Made by a program: the position numbers and the translations under genes
Shown here: in pieces, positions 17,752 to 29,070 of the stretch
Layout of the letters: each line of letters opens with the position of its first letter
Position numbering within the stretch: position 1 is the first letter of the stretch
Notes under the pieces: generated by a model
What the model was told of the DNA's origin: nothing
Seen by the model: the letters and a program-made list of their open reading frames with translations, nothing else
The model's database searches: none
Origin: Candidatus Competibacteraceae bacterium
Lineage (GTDB): Bacteria; Pseudomonadota; Gammaproteobacteria; Competibacterales; Competibacteraceae
Direction: 5' to 3'
Assembly (NCBI GenBank): GCA_007120095.1
Contig: SKOM01000179.1
Location: 1-32,000, forward strand
DNA: 32,000 nt

Positions 17752-18069
17752 ATGAAACCGCTTGAAAATGATCATGATCAGGGTGTGCTGGTCGATAAAG
17801 CACGTCCTAAGCTGAAACCGCCGCAGATGTATAAGGTGGTTCTGAACAACGATGATTACACGCCAATGGAATTCGTGGTGCACATACTGGAACTGTTTTT
17901 TGGGATGAATCGGGACAAAGCCACTCAAATCATGCTGCATATTCATACGCGAGGGCAGGGCGTGTGCGGCATATTTACCCGGGATATTGCGGAAACCAAG
18001 GTAACCCAGGTTAATGAGTATTCCCGCGAGCATCAGCATCCGTTGATGTGTACCATGGAAGAGGCCTGA
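17752..18069 (+). CDS. clpS: ATP-dependent Clp protease adaptor ClpS
   Basis: [29 protein letters not shown]...[49 protein letters not shown] is collinear with E. coli ClpS. Confidence 0.95.
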   Translation: MKPLENDHDQGVLVDKARPKLKPPQMYKVVLNNDDYTPMEFVVHILELFFGMNRDKATQIMLHIHTRGQGVCGIFTRDIAETKVTQVNEYSREHQHPLMCTMEEA

Positions 18070-18090
18070 ACCGCACACTACCATGAGGTT

Positions 18091-20376
18091 ATGAGTATGC
18101 TGAGCAAGGATCTGGAATTTTCGATCAACTTTGCGTTTCGCGAGGCTCGCAAGCGCCGCCATGAATTCATGACGGTAGAACATTTGCTGCTGGCTTTGCT
18201 GGATAATCCGTCAGCTGCGGAAGTTTTGAAAGCCTGCGGTTCGGATGTCAATAAATTAAAGCAAGATTTACAGGCTTTCATACTGGACAGCACCCCCGTC
18301 TTGGGGCCTGATGACCCGCGCGAAACTCAGCCGACACTCGGATTTCAGCGTGTTTTGCAGCGAGCTGTGCTGCATGTGCAGTCCTCAGGCAACCGCGAAG
18401 TGACGGGGGCGAATGTACTGGTTGCTATTTTCGGCGAGCAAGAATCGCAGGCTGTATATCTGCTGAAACAGCAGAATATTAGTCGCCTGGACGTGGTTAA
18501 TTACATATCGCATGGTATATCCAGAGTTTCTGATGACAAGGATTCCCCCGCCAATATCAACCCAAGTCATGAGGATGCCGCCGGTGAAGGTGCTTCCAGC
18601 ACCAGTGCCTTGGAAAATTACGCCTCTAATCTCAATGAAATGGCTCGTCAAGGGCGGATTGATCCGCTGATCGGACGACAGCATGAGGTAGAGCGCACTA
18701 TTCAAATTTTATGTCGGCGGCGCAAAAACAACCCGCTGTTTGTCGGCGAAGCGGGTGTTGGTAAAACCGCCATCGCCGAAGGGCTGGCGAAAAAAGTGGT
18801 CGATGGTGAAGTGCCCGATGTGCTGGAGAATGCTGTGATCTATGCCCTAGATCTGGGGTCGTTGGTTGCGGGCACCAAATATCGCGGGGATTTTGAAAAA
18901 CGTTTGAAAGCCTTACTGGCCCAGTTAAAAAAAGAACCCCATGCTATGCTGTTCGTCGATGAAATTCATACGCTTATCGGAGCGGGCGCGGCATCTGGCG
19001 GGGTAATGGACGCCTCGAATTTGATCAAACCCATGCTGGCTTCGGGTGAGCTTAAATGTATTGGCTCGACGACCTATCAGGAATACCGGGGTATTTTCGA
19101 AAAGGATCGGGCGCTGGCGCGGCGTTTCCAAAAAATCGACATCAGCGAGCCTTCAGTTGATGATACCTACCAGATTCTGCGTGGCCTCAAAGACCGTTTT
19201 GAAGACCACCACAGCGTCAGATACACGTTGAAAGCGTTACGAGCCGCTGCCGAGCTGTCGGCGCGTTATATCAATGATCGTCACCTGCCGGATAAGGCTA
19301 TCGATGTGATTGATGAAGCCGGAGCGAATCAACGACTGTTACCGATATCACGGCGCAAGAAAACCATCGGTCCGGTTGAGATCGAGAGTATTGTCGCCAA
19401 GATCGCGCGTATTCCTCCGAAAAGCGTGTCGTCCTCGGATAAAGATACCCTGAAAACCCTTGATCGCAATTTGAAGCTGGTGGTGTTCGGGCAAGACCCG
19501 GCGATCGACACTTTAGCTACGGCCATCAAAATGTCCAGAGCCGGTCTGGGCAATGAGCACAAACCCATTGGCTCGTTTCTGTTTGCCGGTCCCACCGGGG
19601 TCGGTAAGACCGAAGTTACCCGCCAGTTGGCCAAGGTCATGAGTATCGAGCTGATCCGATTTGATATGTCGGAATATATGGAACGCCACACGGTGTCGCG
19701 TCTCATCGGTGCACCACCGGGTTATGTGGGTTTTTATCAGGGTGGTTTGCTCACCGACGCGGTACTCAAACATCCTCACTCTGTATTATTGCTGGATGAA
19801 ATTGAAAAGGCTCATCCGGATGTGTTCAATCTGCTGTTGCAGGTCATGGATCACGGCACATTGACTGATAATAACGGCCGCGCGGCTGATTTCCGCAATG
19901 TGATCATTGTGATGACCACCAATGCCGGTGCTCAGCAAATGGATCGACCCTCAATTGGCTTTGCAACCCAGGATCACTCCAGTGACGGCATGGAAGCGAT
20001 TAAGCAATTGTTCGCACCTGAGTTCCGCAATCGCCTCGATGCCATTGTGCAGTTCCAGCCGCTGGATCCGCACACCCTGGATCATGTGGTCGATAAGTTT
20101 TTGATCGAACTGGAAGCCCAGCTTGAACCTAAAGGCGTGGTCATCGAGGTTACTCCGGCGGCCAAGCAGTGGCTGGCGGTGCGCGGTTATGATCCGAAAA
20201 TGGGGGCGCGTCCGATGGGTCGAGTTATTCAAGAAAACATCAAAAAACCCCTAGCCGAAGATCTGCTATTTGGTCGACTGGTTAACGGCGGTCATGTTCT
20301 GATTGATGTCTGCGGGGATCAACTCGGATTTGAGTTTAACGAGGAAAAAAGGGAAAGCATCGCCTCGGTTGAATGA
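18091..20376 (+). CDS. clpA: ATP-dependent Clp protease ATP-binding subunit ClpA
   Basis: Has two AAA+ modules ([13 protein letters not shown] and GPTGVGKTE), a Clp N-domain, and RIDPLIGR. The start is ATG 18091 or ATG 18097; the GAGG at 18085-18088 is better spaced for 18097. Confidence 0.95.
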   Translation: MSMLSKDLEFSINFAFREARKRRHEFMTVEHLLLALLDNPSAAEVLKACGSDVNKLKQDLQAFILDSTPVLGPDDPRETQPTLGFQRVLQRAVLHVQSSGNREVTGANVLVAIFGEQESQAVYLLKQQNISRLDVVNYISHGISRVSDDKDSPANINPSHEDAAGEGASSTSALENYASNLNEMARQGRIDPLIGRQHEVERTIQILCRRRKNNPLFVGEAGVGKTAIAEGLAKKVVDGEVPDVLENAVIYALDLGSLVAGTKYRGDFEKRLKALLAQLKKEPHAMLFVDEIHTLIGAGAASGGVMDASNLIKPMLASGELKCIGSTTYQEYRGIFEKDRALARRFQKIDISEPSVDDTYQILRGLKDRFEDHHSVRYTLKALRAAAELSARYINDRHLPDKAIDVIDEAGANQRLLPISRRKKTIGPVEIESIVAKIARIPPKSVSSSDKDTLKTLDRNLKLVVFGQDPAIDTLATAIKMSRAGLGNEHKPIGSFLFAGPTGVGKTEVTRQLAKVMSIELIRFDMSEYMERHTVSRLIGAPPGYVGFYQGGLLTDAVLKHPHSVLLLDEIEKAHPDVFNLLLQVMDHGTLTDNNGRAADFRNVIIVMTTNAGAQQMDRPSIGFATQDHSSDGMEAIKQLFAPEFRNRLDAIVQFQPLDPHTLDHVVDKFLIELEAQLEPKGVVIEVTPAAKQWLAVRGYDPKMGARPMGRVIQENIKKPLAEDLLFGRLVNGGHVLIDVCGDQLGFEFNEEKRESIASVE

Positions 20377-20388
20377 CTTCATTCGCGC

Positions 20389-20607
20389 TCAGCGAGTGCG
20401 GTAGGTGATTCTGCCCTTACTGAGATCATAAGGGGTCAGTTCGACCTTAACTTTATCACCGGTCAGGATGCGAATGTAATGCTTGCGCATCCGACCGGAG
20501 ATATGCGCGGTCACAACGTGGCCGTTTTCTAGTTCTACGCGGAACATGGTGTTGGGCAGGGTATCGAGTACCGTACCTTCCATTTCAATTTGGTCTTCTT
20601 TCGCCAT
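20389..20607 (-). CDS. infA: Translation initiation factor IF-1
   Basis: [70 protein letters not shown] is nearly identical in pattern to E. coli InfA. Confidence 0.97.
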   Translation of the reverse strand: MAKEDQIEMEGTVLDTLPNTMFRVELENGHVVTAHISGRMRKHYIRILTGDKVKVELTPYDLSKGRITYRTR

Positions 20608-20667
20608 AGATAAGCTCCAATTACAAATAATCGATTAAAATAAAACAAAATGGGCTGAGGCACAAGT

Positions 20668-21366
20668 TCAATCTTGCCATTGCCACCGTCCAGCGGTGAA
20701 TCGCTGATGGGGTTGGAACCGAGCCTTGTAGGACATTTTTTGACAATTTTTAATGTAATAACCTAGATAGACCCAGGGTAGACCCATCCGTCGGGCATAC
20801 TCGATCTGGTGCAGAATAATCAGCGTCCCCAGTGTACGTTGCGCGGCCGAGGGTTCGAAGTACGAGTAAACAGCGGAAAAGCCATCCGCAAGATGATCAA
20901 CCACGGCACCACAAAGTAAGCGGTTTTCACTATCACGCAGTTCCCACAGGGCATTACTACACCAACTGCTCGCCGTGAAACCAAAAAAATCGTCGGCACT
21001 GATCAAATCCATGCCGCCGTCGCGGTGACGGTGGTGAGCGTAACGCTGAAACAATTGGTAATGTTCTCCGTCATGGCTCATGGGGCGCAATTGTAAGCGT
21101 AGATCCCGGTTGTTTTTCCAGCTACGCCGTTGTGAGCGAGAAGGACGGAAATTCCGGCTGGAAACCCGCAAAGATTGACACGCCTTGCACGCCTGGCAAT
21201 AGGGGCGGTACACATGTTCACCGCTGCGCCGAAAACCCTGTAACAGCAAGGATTGGTAATGCGTTTGATTGACCTGCCGAGGTTCGGCGACCAAGTTACG
21301 CGCTTGACGCTCGGGTAGGTAACTGCACGCGTGGTCTGTGGTTAAATACAGCGGCAAATGGGTCAT
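20668..21366 (-). CDS. bpt: Aspartate/glutamate leucyltransferase Bpt (bacterial ATE-family aminoacyl-tRNA-protein transferase)
   Basis: 232 aa. Has the N-terminal Cys-containing CSYLPERQAR block, QGFRRSG, CxxCxxC-like CQACKAC, and YLGYYI near the C-terminus. It starts 6 nt after the aat stop. Confidence 0.9.
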   Translation of the reverse strand: MTHLPLYLTTDHACSYLPERQARNLVAEPRQVNQTHYQSLLLQGFRRSGEHVYRPYCQACKACQSLRVSSRNFRPSRSQRRSWKNNRDLRLQLRPMSHDGEHYQLFQRYAHHRHRDGGMDLISADDFFGFTASSWCSNALWELRDSENRLLCGAVVDHLADGFSAVYSYFEPSAAQRTLGTLIILHQIEYARRMGLPWVYLGYYIKNCQKMSYKARFQPHQRFTAGRWQWQD

Positions 21367-21372
21367 GGTTAT

Positions 21373-22089
21373 TCAGTAATCGCAGGCCCACTCAGGGTCA
21401 ATCAGCCAGGCATTGGCGGAATGCGGTTCGCGGCAGGCCTTGAGCAGTTGTAAAAATCGCTGGCGGGAGACATCCTCAGCGCCCAAGCGGTATAGATGAT
21501 CTGTGGGTAATTGGCAGTCAATGATTGGAAATCGCCAGCGGCGCAGATGGGCGCACAGGCACGCCAGTGCAACTTTCGAGGCGTCGCTGGCGCGGCTGAA
21601 CATCGACTCACCGAAAAATACCCTCCCCAGGGCAACCCCATATAACCCGCCGACTAATTGTCCATTCTGCCAGGTTTCTACCGAGTGGGCGAAACCGAGT
21701 TGATGCAAACGTCCATAAGCCGAGCGCATTTCGGGGACAATCCATGTCGCATCAGTTTGCGGACGCGGTGCACTGCAACCTTCAATGACTGCAGGGAACG
21801 CCTGATCCAGGCTGACCGTATAGCGGCCGCTGCGGATGACCTTGCGTAAACTCCGCGAAACCTTCAAGCGTTCCGGGTAAAGTACCGTACGCGGGTCAGG
21901 TGACCACCAGCAGATCGGTGTAGAGTCATCATACCAGGGAAATATCCCGTTGCTGTAGGCATGCAGCAACCTTTCAGGGCTTAAGCAGCCGCCTACGGCC
22001 AGCAGCCCGTTTGGCTCACGCAGCGCCCATGCCGGATTGGGGAAAGGCTGCGTGCTATTGTGGCAATCAAGCCAGATGACAGCGGTCAT
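21373..22089 (-). CDS. aat: Leucyl/phenylalanyl-tRNA-protein transferase
   Basis: ALREPNGLLAVGG.LSPERLLHAYSNGIFPW...WWSPDPR...GESMFSR...SKVAL...IDCQ is collinear with E. coli Aat. Confidence 0.93.
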   Translation of the reverse strand: MTAVIWLDCHNSTQPFPNPAWALREPNGLLAVGGCLSPERLLHAYSNGIFPWYDDSTPICWWSPDPRTVLYPERLKVSRSLRKVIRSGRYTVSLDQAFPAVIEGCSAPRPQTDATWIVPEMRSAYGRLHQLGFAHSVETWQNGQLVGGLYGVALGRVFFGESMFSRASDASKVALACLCAHLRRWRFPIIDCQLPTDHLYRLGAEDVSRQRFLQLLKACREPHSANAWLIDPEWACDY

Positions 22090-23231
22090 GGTGGCGTATC
22101 ACGGTAAGGGTTATGATTTTGTAATTGTTCGGCATAAGCCTGTACAGCGGGCGTTTCACGAGCAAGGAAATCAGCCACGGCGATGTTGAACTGTGGGTCG
22201 GCCAGCCAATGGGCTGAGTAGGTGAGCGTGGGCAGAAAACCGCGCCAGATTTTGTGCTCGCCTTGGGCACCAGGTTCGAAGCGTGTCAGGCCATGGCGGA
22301 TACAATACTCTATACCCTGATAGTAACAAAGCTCAAAATGCAGGCTATCAAAATCAGCGGCACAACCCCAGTGTCTCCCATACAGAGTATCATGACTCAG
22401 GTAACTGAGGGCAGCGGCCACTGGCTGATGATCCATCAACGCGGTGACTACCAGCACACGTTCACCTAAGGTTGCACCCAGTTGGCGGAAAAATTCCAGA
22501 GTCAAGGCCGGGAAATTGCCACGCTGATGGAACGTGTTACAGTAGAAACGGTGGAACCACAGCCAGTCGGTGGCGCTGAGATCGCTGCCGTGGCGGGTGA
22601 CGATTTGCAGCCGTGAGGTGCTGGCCAGCTTGCGTTCCCGGCGAATATTTTTCCGCCGCTTGCTGACCAGCTCACCGAGAAAATCCTCAAAGCCTGGGTA
22701 GCCGCGATTATGCCAGTGAAACTGACAACCCGTACGGATTAAAAACCCGGCGCGTTCCAAGTGTGCACAGTGCTCATGATCAGGAAACAGCCAATGCAGC
22801 GAGGAACAGCCCCGATCATATGCCAGGCTACGACAACTCTGAATCAGAGCGGCGGCGATCGCATCGCGGTTGGTACCACCGGCTGGTAATAACCAACGTG
22901 GGCCGGTGGCCGGGGTGAAGGGAATGGCCGCCACGAGTTTGGGGTAGTAATCAAGCCCATACTGGCGATAGGCATTAGCCCAGCTCCAATCAAACACAAA
23001 CTCGCCGAAAGAATTATCTTTAAGATAGAGCGGCACAGCACCCAGTAACCGGCCGTGTTGGTCTTGGCAGATGACATGCTGAGGGTGCCAGCCGGAACGC
23101 TGCTGCAAACAGCCTTGAGTTTCCAAAGCATTGAGAAATTCATGCCGTAAAAACGGGTAGGCGTTCGGCACCAACCGATTCCAGTCGGCGGCGTCAACTC
23201 GGTCTAGCGAGGTAATAATGTGGGTCTGCAT
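22086..23231 (-). CDS. FemAB-like / GNAT-fold protein of the DUF482 (COG3146) family; function unknown
   Basis: 381 aa. The blocks YPFLRHEFLNALETQGC, PLYLKDNSFGEFVFDWSWANAY, YYPKLVAAIPFTPATGPR, CQFHWHN, LYGRHWGC, HFELCYYQGIEYCI and FEPGAQGEHK match my memory of the DUF482 family. The stop TGA overlaps the aat ATG (ATGA at 22089-22086). Confidence 0.8.
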   Translation of the reverse strand: MQTHIITSLDRVDAADWNRLVPNAYPFLRHEFLNALETQGCLQQRSGWHPQHVICQDQHGRLLGAVPLYLKDNSFGEFVFDWSWANAYRQYGLDYYPKLVAAIPFTPATGPRWLLPAGGTNRDAIAAALIQSCRSLAYDRGCSSLHWLFPDHEHCAHLERAGFLIRTGCQFHWHNRGYPGFEDFLGELVSKRRKNIRRERKLASTSRLQIVTRHGSDLSATDWLWFHRFYCNTFHQRGNFPALTLEFFRQLGATLGERVLVVTALMDHQPVAAALSYLSHDTLYGRHWGCAADFDSLHFELCYYQGIEYCIRHGLTRFEPGAQGEHKIWRGFLPTLTYSAHWLADPQFNIAVADFLARETPAVQAYAEQLQNHNPYRDTPP

Positions 23232-23293
23232 CGAATCCAGTCTCGATTAAGATTAGAATACTGAGTTAAATTGGCATTAGAGGTTTCAGATCC

Positions 23294-25867
23294 TTGGCAC
23301 AAGCATCGCGAAAAGCAGAATTCAGATTGGCATCTACCGTGCTGCACCAAGCACAATACGCCCTGCGCGAGAGCGTATTTCTGATATTAGTCATTTTCAG
23401 CGGTTTTTTGCTCATCGCTTTGCTGACCTACAGTCCGCATGATAGTGCATGGTCAAGTGTTGGTAGCAACACTGAAGTGGCCAATTACGGCGGAGTCATC
23501 GGTGCCTGGTTTGCAGATGTGGTGTTATATTTCTTCGGCTTCCTGGCGTTCTTATTGCCCGTGGCGTTGATCTATGCCGCTTGGCATTTGACCCGGGCCG
23601 AGGTCTGGCAGGTGCTGGACGGCGAAGTCGTCCTGTTTCGGGCCATGGGCACGGGGGTGACCCTGACGGCAGGCTGTGCTTTGGCTACCTTGCTGTTACC
23701 GGGCATTGCTCAAGTTTCAGGCGGCGGGGTATTGGGTGAAGCAGTCAGCCAAAAACTGGTGGCCGCTTTTGGGCCGGCTGGCGGCAGTTTATTTCTTCTG
23801 GCGTTATTTTTGGCTGGCTTTACCTTAACCACCGGCGTGTCTTGGGTTGGTTTGCTCGATGTGGTCGGGCGCTGGACGTGGAAAGCGCTGGCGTGGCTGC
23901 TGGCCGCCCCTGCAATGCTGTGGCAGCACTATCAGGCCGTGCGCGCTCAACGTGCTGAACAACCCACCCTTTCGGAACCTGCCGTCTCAGAGTCCTATGA
24001 GTTTGAATCAGAACCGGTGACAGCGGTTGATTCGCCGAAGCCAGCGGATGAATATGATCTGCCGGATCCGCAACCCACTGTTGAAACGTCTGGGTTTAGT
24101 GACGAAACACCTGCGACATCAGCACGGCGGTCGCGTATCGAACCGACCTTCGTCGATGATACTGATCCCGAGTGGTATGAGTCAGAACCGGAAAAGCGGA
24201 TTGAGACGGCTGAGTTGCCTGCGGAGCGTGAGGACACAGCTCCCGAAAACGATCCGCCGCCTGTGTTTTCACTGCCGGCTTTGTTTAAATCCGCCTTGTC
24301 CAACTCTCAGCCCGCCCCAGAACCACAGATCGCTCCAGCGGTCCAGCCACCGGTTAAGCGCGAAAAACCACCGTTGCCGCCGCTGGAATTACTGGATCGG
24401 GTTCCGGGCAATGTGACCGGTTACAGCGAAGACGAGTTGGAGACTATGTCGGTTCAGCTCGAAAGCTTGCTGGCCAGTTTCGGGGTGACCGTGACGGTAG
24501 TTAATATCGAGCCTGGTCCGGTCATTACCCGTTTCGAAATTGATCCGGCTCCAGGAGTCAAGGTCAATCAGATCACTAATTTGTCCAAGGATTTGGCGCG
24601 TGGCTTATCCGTTACCAGTGTCCGGGTGGTTGAGGTTATCCCCGGTAAATCGTTTATTGGTTTAGAGATTCCCAATCAACGTCGTCAAATTGTGTATCTG
24701 GGTGAAATTCTGGCCTCGCCGCCGTACCAAAATGCCAGCTCACCTTTGACGCTGGTGTTGGGTAAGGATATCGGCGGACGTCCCGTGGTCGCCAATCTCG
24801 GTAAAATGCCGCATCTGCTGGTGGCGGGCACCACCGGCTCGGGCAAGTCTGTCGCCATTAATGCCATGCTGCTCAGTCTGCTGTATAAATCCACACCCGA
24901 GGATATACGGTTGATCCTAATCGATCCGAAAATGCTGGAGTTATCGGTTTATGAGGATATTCCGCATTTGCTGGCACCGGTGGTCACCGATATGAAAGAA
25001 GCCGCCAATGCCTTACGCTGGTGTGTGGCGGAAATGGAACGCCGTTATCGGTTGATGGCCACGCTTAAAGTGCGCAATATCGCCGGGTTTAACCGCCAGG
25101 TCCGCGATGCCATAGCCGCCGGCCAACCGATTACCGATCCTTTGTATAAACCCAGTCCGGAAATGGCCGGACAGCCGCAGCCGACTCTGGAACCGCTGCC
25201 GTTTATCGTGGTGGTGATTGATGAACTGGCTGATATGATGATGATTGTCGGCAAAAAAGTGGAAGAGCTGATTGCGCGTCTGGCTCAGAAAGCGCGAGCC
25301 TCGGGTATTCATTTGATTTTAGCGACTCAGCGCCCCTCGGTGGATGTGATCACCGGTTTGATCAAAGCCAACATTCCCACGCGGATCGCTTTTCAGGTGT
25401 CATCCAAGGTGGATTCACGCACCATTCTCGATCAAATGGGTGCGGAGAATCTGCTCGGCCATGGCGATATGCTGTTCCACCCGCCAGGAGCCGGATTCAC
25501 CGAGCGGGTGCATGGCGCTTTCGTTGATGATCATGAAGTCAACCAAGTGGTGGACTACATCAAACAGCATGGCCAACCGGACTATATCGAGGCTATTCTT
25601 GAAGAACCGGTCGAAGTGCCTGATAATGTAGCGGCTTTTATAGGCGGCGGCGATGCTGGCAGCGAAACCGATGTGCTGTACGATCAGGCCGTGCAAGTGG
25701 TCACCGAGTCGCGCAAAGCATCGATTTCCAGCGTGCAGCGCCGCTTGCGGATTGGTTATAACCGGGCAGCGCGTCTGATTGAAGAGATGGAAGCGGCAGG
25801 GGTGGTCGGATCGCCGCAACATAACGGCACCCGTGAGGTCTTAGCTCCTCCACCCCCAGAGGTTTGA
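23294..25867 (+). CDS. ftsK: DNA translocase FtsK
   Basis: Has N-terminal TM segments and a Pro/Glu-rich linker. The motor carries [14 protein letters not shown] (Walker A) and [12 protein letters not shown] (Walker B). The C-terminal gamma domain reads [25 protein letters not shown]. The start is TTG at 23294. Confidence 0.93.
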   Translation: MAQASRKAEFRLASTVLHQAQYALRESVFLILVIFSGFLLIALLTYSPHDSAWSSVGSNTEVANYGGVIGAWFADVVLYFFGFLAFLLPVALIYAAWHLTRAEVWQVLDGEVVLFRAMGTGVTLTAGCALATLLLPGIAQVSGGGVLGEAVSQKLVAAFGPAGGSLFLLALFLAGFTLTTGVSWVGLLDVVGRWTWKALAWLLAAPAMLWQHYQAVRAQRAEQPTLSEPAVSESYEFESEPVTAVDSPKPADEYDLPDPQPTVETSGFSDETPATSARRSRIEPTFVDDTDPEWYESEPEKRIETAELPAEREDTAPENDPPPVFSLPALFKSALSNSQPAPEPQIAPAVQPPVKREKPPLPPLELLDRVPGNVTGYSEDELETMSVQLESLLASFGVTVTVVNIEPGPVITRFEIDPAPGVKVNQITNLSKDLARGLSVTSVRVVEVIPGKSFIGLEIPNQRRQIVYLGEILASPPYQNASSPLTLVLGKDIGGRPVVANLGKMPHLLVAGTTGSGKSVAINAMLLSLLYKSTPEDIRLILIDPKMLELSVYEDIPHLLAPVVTDMKEAANALRWCVAEMERRYRLMATLKVRNIAGFNRQVRDAIAAGQPITDPLYKPSPEMAGQPQPTLEPLPFIVVVIDELADMMMIVGKKVEELIARLAQKARASGIHLILATQRPSVDVITGLIKANIPTRIAFQVSSKVDSRTILDQMGAENLLGHGDMLFHPPGAGFTERVHGAFVDDHEVNQVVDYIKQHGQPDYIEAILEEPVEVPDNVAAFIGGGDAGSETDVLYDQAVQVVTESRKASISSVQRRLRIGYNRAARLIEEMEAAGVVGSPQHNGTREVLAPPPPEV

Positions 25868-25871
25868 TGAC

Positions 25872-27802
<1,931 letters not shown>

Positions 27803-27830
27803 AGTTGTCAGGGGCTTTTGATTTTGTGGC

Positions 27831-27971
27831 TTATCTTCCTCCAGTTGCACCCTGAGCGAACGCGCTCGAACGCGCTCGGTCGATGGTGTCCAGGTGTGGC
27901 TTCAGATTGCCGACTACATCGCCCAGACCGCTGTCGATCTGGGTGATAGCCACCTTGAGTCGAGTGCTCAT
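27831..27971 (-). CDS. Hypothetical 46-aa ORF (speculative; below the ORF-track cutoff)
   Basis: My own translation is MSTRLKVAITQIDSGLGDVVGNLKPHLDTIDRARSSAFAQGATGGR. The ATG is 5 nt after the deacetylase stop. The GC3-rich codons resemble neighbouring genes. There is no clear RBS and I recognise no homology. Confidence 0.2.
   Translation of the reverse strand: MSTRLKVAITQIDSGLGDVVGNLKPHLDTIDRARSSAFAQGATGGR
27857..27878. repeat. Tandem duplication of the 10-bp unit CGAACGCGCT (about 2.2 copies)
   Basis: CGAACGCGCT is at 27857-27866 and repeats exactly at 27867-27876, followed by CG. It is also partly self-complementary (GAGCG..CGCTC). Confidence 0.7.
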
Positions 27972-27976
27972 CGAGA

Positions 27977-29008
27977 TCAGCAACCACGGGCTACACGCAA
28001 ACCCCGTAAGGTCTGCTGGAGCAGTTCGCCCAGATCCTCAGACAAATAACCGCCTTCTTGAACCAATAGCATGGGAATATCCATACGGCCCAGGCGAGTA
28101 CCGAGGGTGTAAAATCCATCAACGCTGACTTGAAAAGCCGAGAGTGGATCATGGGCATAAGCATCCAAACCCAAGGCCACGACTAAACAGCCCGGCGCAT
28201 AATCGTTGACCACGGCAAGCGCCCGTTCAATGGTTCTCAGCCAGGTGGCTTCTTGGGTGCCGATGGGCAGAGGACAGTTGTGGTTATAGCCCTGGCCTCT
28301 GCCTTGGCCGGTTTCTGCACGGAACCCCCAATAGAATGGATAAAACCCAACAGGGTCAGCGTGAACCGAAACGGTGAGCACGTCATCACGCTTATAGAAA
28401 ATCCCTTGAGTCCCATTGCCATGATGGACATCGACATCCAGAATGGCCACGGTGTGAAAGTGCTGGCGCAGCCATTGCGCCGCGATGGCGGTGTTATTGA
28501 GATAACAATGACCGCCCGCCATGTCGGCAAAAGCGTGATGTCCTGGTGGGCGGCAGAGCGCATAAGCCTCACGCGCCCCGGCGGCGATATGAGCCGCCGC
28601 ACTCAGCGCCACATCCGCACTGGCCATAACCGCCTCATAGGTGTGCGGACCGATGGCGCAGGCGGTATCCGCCATGTGCCAGCCTGCACGGGCGACCACT
28701 CCATTGGAGTAGCGTCCACAGTGGCGGTTAGGGTGAATATTCGCAATGACTTCCGGGCCGGCATGGGGCAATAGCTGCCACTGTGCGTAAGCGTTGTCGA
28801 GAAAATCGAGGTAAGCAGTGCTATGCACCGCCTGTTTGTGGTGGAGTGGCCAGCGATCCGCCTGCCTGGCTTCAAGCCCCGCTGCGCGTGCCGCCTGCAA
28901 CAGAATATCCGCCCGTTCGGGTTGCTCCTCACAGCGTTTAACCACACCCCGAGCTAGGAAAAATTCAGGTCGGTGGTTACGGTGAGCCTCGGTGTAATAG
29001 CTGAGCAC
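27977..29008 (-). CDS. Histone-deacetylase-family amidohydrolase, acetylpolyamine amidohydrolase (APAH)-like
   Basis: 343 aa. CRPPGHHA, ILDVDVHHGNGTQ, GLDAYAHDPL and QEGGY are Zn-deacetylase signatures, and the protein is collinear with my memory of Mycoplana APAH. The start is GTG, preceded by GGAAGGGAG. Confidence 0.85.
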   Translation of the reverse strand: MLSYYTEAHRNHRPEFFLARGVVKRCEEQPERADILLQAARAAGLEARQADRWPLHHKQAVHSTAYLDFLDNAYAQWQLLPHAGPEVIANIHPNRHCGRYSNGVVARAGWHMADTACAIGPHTYEAVMASADVALSAAAHIAAGAREAYALCRPPGHHAFADMAGGHCYLNNTAIAAQWLRQHFHTVAILDVDVHHGNGTQGIFYKRDDVLTVSVHADPVGFYPFYWGFRAETGQGRGQGYNHNCPLPIGTQEATWLRTIERALAVVNDYAPGCLVVALGLDAYAHDPLSAFQVSVDGFYTLGTRLGRMDIPMLLVQEGGYLSEDLGELLQQTLRGLRVARGC

Positions 29009-29070
29009 GCTTGCTCCCTTCCACTATAGTCTTGAAACACATGAGCCGCATAACCGCAGTGAACGTTACC

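Noticed and set aside
20365-20400. A small inverted repeat (GAATG-actt-CATTC) at the convergent clpA/infA junction, considered as a bidirectional terminator
   Set aside because: The stem is only 5 bp and AT-rich, it overlaps the clpA stop codon, and it has no flanking U/A tracts. That is too weak to call.
23990-24420. A low-complexity Pro/Glu/Ser-rich stretch in the middle of the ftsK ORF, considered as a possible repeat or inserted element
   Set aside because: This is the normal variable linker between the FtsK membrane domain and its motor domain. I saw no exact nucleotide tandem repeats, and the frame is continuous.
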